A stretch of DNA of 32,000 nucleotides from Candidatus Thorarchaeota archaeon (GTDB lineage: Archaea > Asgardarchaeota > Heimdallarchaeia > Hodarchaeales > Hodarchaeaceae), in contig JBHLRO010000026.1 of NCBI GenBank assembly GCA_048882505.1, positions 627-32,626 of the forward strand, given 5' to 3'. A program made the translations under genes and the position numbers. The notes beneath the pieces are model-generated. The model saw nothing but the letters and a program-made list of their open reading frames with translations, had not been told where the DNA came from and ran no database searches. This document shows, one piece after another, positions 24,120 to 32,000 of the stretch. The first letter of the stretch is position 1; each line of letters opens with the position of its first letter.

Positions 24120-24653
24120 ATGGTGAAACTTGATCAGGAATCGATTCAAGCCCGAAAGCAATTAATGGATGAAATCAAGGATTACGGGGACTACCAAAAG
24201 CAGAATGACCGTAAATTAACCGATTCAGCAGTTCGGTTCTACCTGGAGAATCGTCTATCTATCTGTTCAGATGAAGTTAAAAAAATCCAAGAAGCTGCTT
24301 TGATGAGCCAAATGATTACGACATGGTCTGATTTGGATCGTCTTATAGCAAGCTTTTCAGATCTAAAATTGTTGGTCCAAAAAACGAGCTACGGGATCAG
24401 TACTTTTTTTGATAGCCTTGTCATAAAAGAATTCGATCTCAGCTATTTGTACACCCTAGAAAAAACCGTTTTGGACATAATTACAAGATTAGACGATAAG
24501 ATTGAGCAGTTTAGCGAAGCTATTGAGAGTGGAATGCTTTCAGACAGCAGTAGACTTACCAATGAGATCCTTGAAGACTTATCAGCTGTCAGAGATGCAT
24601 GGGAAGAGCGTCGAAAGTTAATAGAAGAATTTCAAAAGCTAGGCCTTGTTTAA
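24120..24653 (+). CDS. Helical-bundle hypothetical protein
   Basis: 177-aa ORF with heptad-patterned helices and a conserved-looking SYGISTFFD segment; function not recognised. Confidence 0.7.
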   Translation: MVKLDQESIQARKQLMDEIKDYGDYQKQNDRKLTDSAVRFYLENRLSICSDEVKKIQEAALMSQMITTWSDLDRLIASFSDLKLLVQKTSYGISTFFDSLVIKEFDLSYLYTLEKTVLDIITRLDDKIEQFSEAIESGMLSDSSRLTNEILEDLSAVRDAWEERRKLIEEFQKLGLV

Positions 24654-24924
24654 ACTAGATGTAAATCTCATATTTATAATTCTATTTCAATAGCACCCAG
24701 CTCATCTTTCTTCCTGCGAATCTGGATTAACGGTTTCTTTCAGCGAGGCAAGGAACACCATTCTCATCCCCTAGCTCCATAGATACAATCCAATTACATC
24801 AACAAACCGATTGTTTTTTTATCTGACATTGTAATTTTTTTCACGCTTATGCTTGCTTTTGAAATTCTACTTATCTGCTTGAATTTCATCAGGGCCTCCA
24901 ATAATAGTCTAATTGGGTGATTTT

Positions 24925-26958
24925 ATGACAGAAATGACAACAACTGAATTAGAAAAGTCGAAGAAATACTATCCACTACCCAACCTGGCAAAAACGAGCC
25001 GAACTCCTGATATAGATGCCTATTTTGCCAAATGGAAAGAATCCGTTGAAAACCCAGAGCAGTTTTGGGCGGAAGAGGCCAAAAAGATCGACTGGTTTAC
25101 TCCTTATAACCAAGTCTGGGTTCCCCCTATAGAAGGAAAATCTGATTTTGTTGGCCAGTGGTATGTAGGAGGGAAACTGAATGTCACGTATAATTGTCTT
25201 GATCGCTGGGTTGAACGAGGTTATGGAAACGAAACTGCGCTCATATGGATGGGCGAAGATGACACGGTGAAGAAATATACTTACCAATCACTGCTCGTAG
25301 AAGTCAACAAAGCTGCTAACGCGTTGAAAAGTCTTGGAGTCAAAAAAGACGATCGTGTCTGTATTTGGTTACCCATGATTGACGGGTTAGCGATTGTAAT
25401 GCTTGCTTGTGCCCGAATAGGGGCTATACACTCAATCGTTTTTGGTGGTTTTTCAGCGGAGTCAGTGAAGGATCGAATTGATGATTCTAATTGCAAAATT
25501 TTGGTGACTGCTGACGAAATAAGACGTGCTGGCAAGAATAGGCCAATGAAAAACAACCTAAGAGGCATCATTGAAACCTGTCCGTCTATCAAGCATGTAG
25601 CTGTCATTAAACTCACGGGGGGCGAGGTTTATGCATCCGAAAAAGACGTGGATTTCCTGATGTTAATGAACCAACAATCTTCGGTGTGTGAACCCGAAAT
25701 TATGGATGCAGAGGATCCTCTTTTCATTTTATATACTAGCGGAACCACAGGTAAACCCAAAGGGGTTGTCCATACTCAAGCTGGATATCTAGTCTATGGT
25801 GTGACCACCAATTATTATGTGTGGGATTACTCATGCTTGCTTGATCTCAAGGGAACTACTCCCGCAACACGAGATGTATGGTATTGTACTGCTGATATTG
25901 GCTGGATTACTGGTCACACCCAAATCGTGTATGCCCCGTTAACTCTGGGCGCCATCACCATCATGTACGAGGGTGTTCCCACCTGGCCGCATAACGGACG
26001 CTTCTGGGAAATTTGCGAAAAGTTTGGGGTCACTCATTTCTATACGGCACCTACTGCCATTCGAGCTTTGAAGAAATTCGGAGATGAACACGTCACAAAG
26101 TGGAACCTTTCAAAATTGAAAATGTTGGGTACCGTGGGAGAAGTATGTAACTGGCCTGAATGGCGGTGGTACTGGGAAGTGGTAGGAAAGGGGACATTAG
26201 GAGATAGACCAGAAGGAAGGCCAATTGTAGATAGTTATTGGCAGACTGAGACTGGAAGTTACATGATGGTTAATTTTGGAGCAGTGACTCCAATGAAACC
26301 AGGAAGCTGTACTTTCCCTATGTACGGGATTAATCCAGTGCTTCTGGATGATGATGGGCAACGGGTCACCAAACCAAATACACAAGCGTATTTTGCCTAT
26401 GACCAAAGCTGGCCTGGACTAATGCGCACCGTATGGGGAAATCATCCACGTTTTGTGAATACTTATTTGTCACAGTTCGAAGGGTATTACTTCACCGGTG
26501 ATTATGCGCTAATTGACAACGAGGGCTATTATTTCATCCTAGGGCGATCAGACGACGTGATCAAGGTCTCAGGACATCGATTAGGTTCTGCAGAAGTTGA
26601 ATCTGCCATAAATTCCCATCCAAAGGTTGCCGAGAGCGCTGTTATTCCTTATCCACATTCTGTAAAAGGATCCACAATTTTTGCATATGTAACCGTGATG
26701 TCGGGCGTGGAACCGAGCGATGATCTCAAAAAAGAGATTCAAGCACACGTTAGATCCGTAGCAGGACCTGCTGTGTATCCTGAGATTATTATGTTTGCAG
26801 ATGCCGTTCCTAAAACTCGCTCGGGAAAAATCATGCGCCGAATTCTCAAAGCTGTTGCAACTCAAAAAGACATCGGTAATGTTATGACCTTGGCCAATCC
26901 TGAAGTTGTGGATGAGTTGATTAACAGACGAAAGATGATGGGAGAAATTATGTTCTAA
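24925..26958 (+). CDS. acs: AMP-forming acetyl-CoA synthetase
   Basis: YTSGTTGKPKGVVH, TADIGWITGH, YWQTETG, GRSDDVIKVSGHRLG and PKTRSGKIMRR; GGGTGA SD precedes the ATG at 24925. Confidence 0.95.
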   Translation: MTEMTTTELEKSKKYYPLPNLAKTSRTPDIDAYFAKWKESVENPEQFWAEEAKKIDWFTPYNQVWVPPIEGKSDFVGQWYVGGKLNVTYNCLDRWVERGYGNETALIWMGEDDTVKKYTYQSLLVEVNKAANALKSLGVKKDDRVCIWLPMIDGLAIVMLACARIGAIHSIVFGGFSAESVKDRIDDSNCKILVTADEIRRAGKNRPMKNNLRGIIETCPSIKHVAVIKLTGGEVYASEKDVDFLMLMNQQSSVCEPEIMDAEDPLFILYTSGTTGKPKGVVHTQAGYLVYGVTTNYYVWDYSCLLDLKGTTPATRDVWYCTADIGWITGHTQIVYAPLTLGAITIMYEGVPTWPHNGRFWEICEKFGVTHFYTAPTAIRALKKFGDEHVTKWNLSKLKMLGTVGEVCNWPEWRWYWEVVGKGTLGDRPEGRPIVDSYWQTETGSYMMVNFGAVTPMKPGSCTFPMYGINPVLLDDDGQRVTKPNTQAYFAYDQSWPGLMRTVWGNHPRFVNTYLSQFEGYYFTGDYALIDNEGYYFILGRSDDVIKVSGHRLGSAEVESAINSHPKVAESAVIPYPHSVKGSTIFAYVTVMSGVEPSDDLKKEIQAHVRSVAGPAVYPEIIMFADAVPKTRSGKIMRRILKAVATQKDIGNVMTLANPEVVDELINRRKMMGEIMF

Positions 26959-26998
26959 CTTTCCATGACCTCTTTCCATCTCCTTATTCATTCAGAGG

Positions 26999-27310
26999 CT
27001 ACTTGAAATTTCTTCGTGGGTTTTCTTTTATCAAGGTCAGAATCTGTTCTTTTGTAACATTCTTTAATCTGAGAACTTTCTTGGATCTTTTATGGCCTGC
27101 TTCTAGGATGGCTTCGGCTTTGAAATGCTTGCGGAGCAGTTTCAGGATTTGTTTGTTCGCTCTCCCTTGAATTGGCGGAGATGTAACTCGGATTAGAAAC
27201 TGATCTGGGTTAACTGCAAGTTCATCAGCTTGTTGCCGAGTCTTTACATGAACAGTGACCAGATAATCTCCTGTATCGACATCCAATTTCAACCAAGGAA
27301 ACTTTTGCAT
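26999..27310 (-). CDS. DUF167/UPF0235 (YggU-like) protein
   Basis: LIRVTSPPIQGRANKQILKLL...ILEAGHKRSKKVLRL matches the DUF167 pattern. Confidence 0.85.
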   Translation of the reverse strand: MQKFPWLKLDVDTGDYLVTVHVKTRQQADELAVNPDQFLIRVTSPPIQGRANKQILKLLRKHFKAEAILEAGHKRSKKVLRLKNVTKEQILTLIKENPRRNFK

Positions 27311-29265
27311 CTCGCACCATCCTGGCTGATTTCTTCAACTGAAGAAAAAGGAGTCCGCTGAAGTGAGAAGCGAGTCTCGATTAACCTCTGTGCGTCCAGT
27401 AGTGAAAGATTTTCTTCCATCCAAATGAAATTCAAAAAATAACGTGCTAAGTTGCTGGGCCATAAACTTTCCTGATAAGATGTCCCCAATGCGAGAGAAA
27501 TACGTTGTTTGAAACGGTTAACGTACTGTTCTGATGATTTCCGTCCAACTTCCTTAATAATCTCAACGGGGGATTTCGAGGTCCAAATGATTTCAAACTC
27601 GTGCTTGATAGAGTCCACTACAAACCCGTAAATTATCCCTGTCTGATCATTCGTGACAAAAGGTTTGCCAATTAGATAACGAAAGGTTTCAGGGATGCTC
27701 GTGAAATAAACTCCGATTTTTGCATGGATCTTATCCCCAAAATTAAACGCAGCCGCAGGTAAAACCGAAAAATATGAAGCTGCTAGTTCGTGAGGAGAGA
27801 TGAGAAGCCGCTCTTTTGTATTCATAGCCCATAAGCAAGATGGTGAAAAAGCCTCCCCTTCTCCAATGCTTAGTTCTTTGGCAACGTGAAATCGGAGTGC
27901 AGCTAGATTCTGGATACCTAATCCCTCCAAAAAAAGGGTTAGGATAAAGGAGGGGGGAACCTCACGTTTGATAAGAAGAGTCTGCCCAAAGGGAGTCCCT
28001 GACATCACACCGGAAATCTTTCCAAAAGGTGATCCACCCATACCTGTAATGCCTTGGTCCATAACTTGGCCCACATCGGTGATTTTGGGTTCCCCAGGCG
28101 CGGGAATCCACACAGGAACTCGTAGCTGTGTAAGTGCTCCCTCATCAATAGTTATTCCATCAGCAGAATCTATCGTCACCCCTGGTACTGTTATAAAATT
28201 GACCTGATTCAGGTGCGGTTTAACTGGAGTAACATGACCCCCAATGGAGTGTAACCAATTATTAAAGAATGAAGGCTGGAGTGCTAAGGTTCTAGGAATC
28301 CCTAGCGCTCTTGCAATAGTAGTTTTGATTTCTTCGGTAGTAACCTTTTTCAGGTCGAGTTTCGCTTGTTTCAGGATCTTTGCGTACCGCTGTTTTAAAA
28401 CCGTAATTGATAATGGCTCTTCCTTAACAATAGGTAGAAATGTTGTATCATCTACAATAATGGGGGGACGAAAAACACCCAGAGGACTACCTGCTGTATC
28501 AATAGCTACCTTTCCCACAACATCCCAGGGACTTGCTTCTGTAGAAGCGATAGGCCTCCTTTGAGCTTCAATTGGATCTGGTGGGTATGTTACAGGGACA
28601 TCCTCTACAGGGGAAGGGGAAAAGGTATTGCTTACCTGGCCTAGAGGTTGAATAAGATCCCCCAAATTTAATGTATCTACTTCTTCCTCACCGAGCGGAG
28701 AGATGAGCCGACTAATGATATCTCTTTCCACATCTTCCATGGGAGCCGAGGGTATTGTGGGAGTTGGAAATTCATCTTTCCTGTGGGAGTCGGCCCATTT
28801 TTCCCACACCTCGGAAAACCGTGATATTATTCGAGACGTCGATTCCTCAACATCAGAATGCGGTAAGTTAGCGATATAGCTCCGCAAATCGATCCCATCG
28901 TTTGCTTCTAGACTTTTAAGTCGGGCAATCAATACTGGGATATGAGTATGAAGTGTTTCCTCCCTTTTCTCAAGTTTTTCGCGCTCTTTTACGAGCTCTG
29001 TAATCACATGTCTTGCTTCAGCTTTGGTCGAACGACCGGAATCCCATGACAAAGCGGCTTGTTTTGTCTTTACTTCATTAATCTGAAGGGCATTGTTGAC
29101 TTGATGTAACCTCTCTTCGATATAAATGATTTGAATCATATCAAGAAGGGGTCCCGGAGAGTAAGCGCGTGTTTGTGATGGTTTTTTGAGGTCGTTAAGA
29201 GCATTAAGGAGCTCATTCTCATCTATTAGATCTTGATTCCTAAGAGCAAAGAGGAAGTTTTTCAA
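27289..29265 (-). CDS. Hypothetical protein: N-terminal coiled coil, Pro-rich linker and three PRC-barrel-like repeats with helical inserts
   Basis: Repeat starts DVVGKVAIDTAGSPLG, VMDQGITGMGGSPFG and YLIGKPFVTNDQTG. The PRC assignment is by eye. Confidence 0.65.
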   Translation of the reverse strand: MKNFLFALRNQDLIDENELLNALNDLKKPSQTRAYSPGPLLDMIQIIYIEERLHQVNNALQINEVKTKQAALSWDSGRSTKAEARHVITELVKEREKLEKREETLHTHIPVLIARLKSLEANDGIDLRSYIANLPHSDVEESTSRIISRFSEVWEKWADSHRKDEFPTPTIPSAPMEDVERDIISRLISPLGEEEVDTLNLGDLIQPLGQVSNTFSPSPVEDVPVTYPPDPIEAQRRPIASTEASPWDVVGKVAIDTAGSPLGVFRPPIIVDDTTFLPIVKEEPLSITVLKQRYAKILKQAKLDLKKVTTEEIKTTIARALGIPRTLALQPSFFNNWLHSIGGHVTPVKPHLNQVNFITVPGVTIDSADGITIDEGALTQLRVPVWIPAPGEPKITDVGQVMDQGITGMGGSPFGKISGVMSGTPFGQTLLIKREVPPSFILTLFLEGLGIQNLAALRFHVAKELSIGEGEAFSPSCLWAMNTKERLLISPHELAASYFSVLPAAAFNFGDKIHAKIGVYFTSIPETFRYLIGKPFVTNDQTGIIYGFVVDSIKHEFEIIWTSKSPVEIIKEVGRKSSEQYVNRFKQRISLALGTSYQESLWPSNLARYFLNFIWMEENLSLLDAQRLIETRFSLQRTPFSSVEEISQDGARCKSFLG

Positions 29266-29379
29266 GGAACTAAAAGTAGGCTCCTCCGATTTGGACTGGC
29301 TGTCCCTACTAAAACAAACTAATTAGGTTTATTAAAAAATTACCTGAATAAGGGATTTTCCGTTATTGTTGCCGATACC

Positions 29380-30405
29380 TTATTCTTCTTCAGAGGTTTC
29401 TTGGGTATTTTCATTCAGTGATTCCGGAATTTCAAAATCGAACGGCGGTTGGGTCGTTATAATCACCCCGTCGTTTTCCGTGATAACAAAAGTATGTTCA
29501 TATTGGGCAACATAACTTCCTTTTTCATCGGCCAATGGTGGGTATGCCAATGCGCCTCCCGCGCTTAAAAGCTCCCGAAGGGCAAAACGTACCCGTGCTT
29601 GATTAAATCCGCCATAAGAAGATAGCCAACGTTCCGCAAAGGGCAGAGATTTGTAATTCTTATAAATTGTTGAATATATCTTACGAGAAACCGGATTCCT
29701 AAGGGCCACTCGTCGAGGTAGTAACATGTAGATGTATTTTGTACCAGATACCTCGTGGACACTCCCCGTTCCTGTCGAAGCGAAAGTTTCAAATGCATAG
29801 GCTTCACCGACTTCCAGTGCGCTTTCTGCGGGATCAAAGGCCTGCCCAACATTAGGCAGCCTTTTCTCACCGTGAAGTTCAAACCGACCTAATTTATGCC
29901 CAGATAGCTCACGTAATGGTTTGTAGCCGTAACCATTAATTGTTTCTTCCACTCTTTTTCCTATCATTGAGGGCATGGTACCTGGATTGATAATTTCCAT
30001 TCCAGCCTTAAAACCTTCCTTTGCTGCTTCTTTTAGGTTCTTATGATCAGATGAGAGGTTAACCGAAAGCGCAGTATCAGCAATATACCCATTAACATGA
30101 ACACCAACATCAAATTTCACAATTCCATCACTTGGAATAATTGTCTGATCACCAAAGGGTGAAGAGTAATGGGCAGCCAGATGATTGATCGAAACATTTG
30201 TTGGAAACCCATGCCCATCTGCCCCTTTTTCAAGGATCATCTTCTCAGCACTTTCACAGATATCAATAACCGAAGCTCCAGGCTTAATCATCTTAACAAT
30301 GGTGTGTAATACTTCATACCCAATTTGGCCAGCTTTTCGGTAGTAATAAATCTTTTCTTCGTTGGAGATTCCCTCTTCAGATGTCCAGTCACTCAATTTC
30401 GTCAC
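29380..30405 (-). CDS. map: Type II methionine aminopeptidase
   Basis: GFPTNVSINHLAAHY, VKFDVGVHVNGYIADTA, LSGHKL, YAFETFAS and AQYEHT metal-ligand motifs, plus the helical insertion of type II enzymes. Confidence 0.95.
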   Translation of the reverse strand: MTKLSDWTSEEGISNEEKIYYYRKAGQIGYEVLHTIVKMIKPGASVIDICESAEKMILEKGADGHGFPTNVSINHLAAHYSSPFGDQTIIPSDGIVKFDVGVHVNGYIADTALSVNLSSDHKNLKEAAKEGFKAGMEIINPGTMPSMIGKRVEETINGYGYKPLRELSGHKLGRFELHGEKRLPNVGQAFDPAESALEVGEAYAFETFASTGTGSVHEVSGTKYIYMLLPRRVALRNPVSRKIYSTIYKNYKSLPFAERWLSSYGGFNQARVRFALRELLSAGGALAYPPLADEKGSYVAQYEHTFVITENDGVIITTQPPFDFEIPESLNENTQETSEEE

Positions 30406-30603
30406 CTTTTACTTTTTTTTCACTTTTTAGTGCCAATCGTTTGGAAAGATTCTGTTTTATGCAAGGAAGGAGAATGAAGAGGAAAAAATCCCTCTTAAGG
30501 CCGAGATGCACATTATTGCTCGTAATACGTGCATAGAATCGCTGTTTGGGCATTCTATGAGTTAACTAAAAACCTTTATTTCACGGATTCAATGGGAATA
30601 TCA

Positions 30604-30616
30604 TAAAGTTTAAGTA
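30604..30616 (+). promoter_or_regulatory. Putative BRE-TATA for the terminal TPR-like gene
   Basis: TAAAGTTTAAGTA, about 45-55 nt upstream of the TTG start. Confidence 0.5.
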
Positions 30617-30660
30617 TCGGTATAACGTAAAAATGCCGATCTCATTGGAGTTATTTGCCA

Positions 30661-32000
30661 TTGGATGTTGAATTCCTTTCCATCCTGCAACAAAGATATC
30701 CTCAAACAGCGGATGCTATAATAGATGCCATAAATCAGTGTGATTACCTGATTGAGTCGATAATGTCTGAAGATTTCTCACAAAAAGATTTTTATGTCAA
30801 TCTCCTCCAAAATATTAGACTGTTTCTTAACTCTGAATCAATATTTCACAGCAGAAGTTTTCAAAAAGCCCTAAAGTTCTATGAAAAGCTACGGGTTAGT
30901 ATAAGTGAGACCCAAACGCAGTTTCCAGATTCCTACTCATCCTGGCGATATGATATCGACCGTTTAACCTCACGAACTGAGGCCCGACTCCAAGAGGTTC
31001 GGGCACAGCTTTCTCTGGAACAAGAGGACACAGTACAAGCAGATATTCTTCTTGTTGAAACAATAAATCGATATAACCTGGAACTCCAATTAGAACAAGA
31101 ATACAGTGATTATGACCACTATTTTAATACGTTGGGCAATATTTTTCGATGTTCGGGCCATCTCTACTTTTTAAGGGGACTGACTAACAACAATCGCATT
31201 GAACTCTATCAATCAATCAAGGATTTTAGAAAAGCGATCTTTCTGGGTCAATTGGACCTTGATGACTACGTGAAAGATGCACACAAGAATATCAAAATCA
31301 TGACGTTCGCAAAACTAGAACAACAAGCGGAGACCTACTTTAATCTTGGATTAACTGAAACTGATGCAGAGAAATATAGTGAGGCAAAAGGCAATTATCA
31401 TAAATCTGCCCAATTATACAGCTCATTAAAGCGCACCGCTTTCCAACCAGACCAATCAAGAGAATTTGAACTCCAAGAACAGATTCAATTCTCCTCTTAT
31501 TATGAAGCTAGCGCAAAAGAATTCATGGCTCAAGATAATAACGAGCAAGCCGCTGTTCAATTTTCGAATGCTTCTCAGACTTTACGGAACGTTCTCGAGT
31601 TCCTTCCCAGTGAGGCTTTACGGAAGAACTTTTCGCCCCAAATCGATTATTTCGAAGCAATGCGTCTATTCTGCTTGGCTGTAATCGAGTATGACCAAAT
31701 GCTTCCTGAAGCAATGATTCGTTTTAGGACGGCCAGAGGAATACTCGAAACCGCCAGACAAGAAGCTGAGGGAATGTCGAATCTTCCTCTGGTCAAGAAC
31801 TGTGAGGATACTTTAAACAAACTCAAATCCTATATAGAGATCGCTGAACTCCTACAACCTGAAGAGTCCGAAATGACGGAGAGCGCCCCAAGCATCGAGG
31901 AACCCGTACAACCTCTGGAGCCCGAAGAACCTACTCAACCCTCGGACCTCGGGGCACCTGAACTAGCTCCAGAACCCGAACCACCTCTGGAGCCCGAAGA
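30661..32000 (+). CDS. Large TPR/alpha-solenoid-like protein with a Pro/Glu-rich repeat region, 3'-truncated (absent from the ORF track because no stop lies in the window)
   Basis: I translated the frame by hand: open from 30631 to the window end; TTG start at 30661 (or 30655), MDVEFLSILQQRYPQ...; TPR-like helices such as AETYFNLGLTETDAEKYSEAKGNYHKSAQLY. Confidence 0.8.
   Translation, partial: MDVEFLSILQQRYPQTADAIIDAINQCDYLIESIMSEDFSQKDFYVNLLQNIRLFLNSESIFHSRSFQKALKFYEKLRVSISETQTQFPDSYSSWRYDIDRLTSRTEARLQEVRAQLSLEQEDTVQADILLVETINRYNLELQLEQEYSDYDHYFNTLGNIFRCSGHLYFLRGLTNNNRIELYQSIKDFRKAIFLGQLDLDDYVKDAHKNIKIMTFAKLEQQAETYFNLGLTETDAEKYSEAKGNYHKSAQLYSSLKRTAFQPDQSREFELQEQIQFSSYYEASAKEFMAQDNNEQAAVQFSNASQTLRNVLEFLPSEALRKNFSPQIDYFEAMRLFCLAVIEYDQMLPEAMIRFRTARGILETARQEAEGMSNLPLVKNCEDTLNKLKSYIEIAELLQPEESEMTESAPSIEEPVQPLEPEEPTQPSDLGAPELAPEPEPPLEPE
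31911..32000 (+). repeat. 18-bp direct repeat ACCTCTGGAGCCCGAAGA at 72-nt spacing (coding PLEPEE)
   Basis: Copies at 31911-31928 and 31983-32000; probably the start of a 24-aa tandem repeat cut by the window edge. Confidence 0.7.

Noticed and set aside
25821-25865. Possible second mRNA intron in acs (extra ~11 aa SCLLDLKGTTPAT flanked by GTGGGA/TCCCGC pairing)
   Set aside because: The central helix is mismatched, the second bulge is 4 nt, the inner stem is poor, and the predicted excision (25-26 nt) would break an intact frame. More likely a protein loop insertion.
537-31714. Numerous short overlapping or antisense ORFs in the track (e.g. 537-794, 9759-10085, 14873-15265, 26581-26991, 31466-31684)
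   Set aside because: They lie within well-supported genes, lack recognisable motifs, and are expected shadow ORFs.
1-32000. CRISPR array, rRNA or IS element
   Set aside because: No regularly spaced repeats, rRNA-like sequence or transposase was seen, despite the CARF-like regulator.

Overview
Archaeal chromosomal window, most likely from an Asgard-type lineage. That placement is inferred from gene content (cofE, NusA2-like, Urm1/MoaD-like, type II Map, MIT-AAA ATPase, SNAP-like TPR proteins) and from TTG/GTG starts and TATA/BRE promoters; it is not proven. Housekeeping genes (PTP, nusA2, argF, Urm1-like, tRNA-Gly, cofE, acs, DUF167, map) flank a surface-protein / DUF4129 / DUF4350 / MoxR / DUF58 cluster. 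Three things stand out. (1) moxR is split inside its Walker A lysine codon by a 31-nt insert that folds as a bulge-helix-bulge (BHB) motif; the predicted endonuclease cuts restore GVPGIGKT in frame, making it a candidate archaeal mRNA intron. (2) tRNA-Gly(CCC) carries two BHB introns, one canonical at 37/38 and one relaxed at 59/60 in the T-loop. (3) A ~7 kb block between DUF4350 and moxR encodes a CARF-wHTH regulator divergent from a MIT-domain Vps4-like AAA+ ATPase. The ATPase is coupled to a ~1500-aa protein with an acidic motif-studded N-half and an AT-rich C-half containing a duplicated ~165-aa unknown domain. All structures were worked out by hand; no database searches were run.
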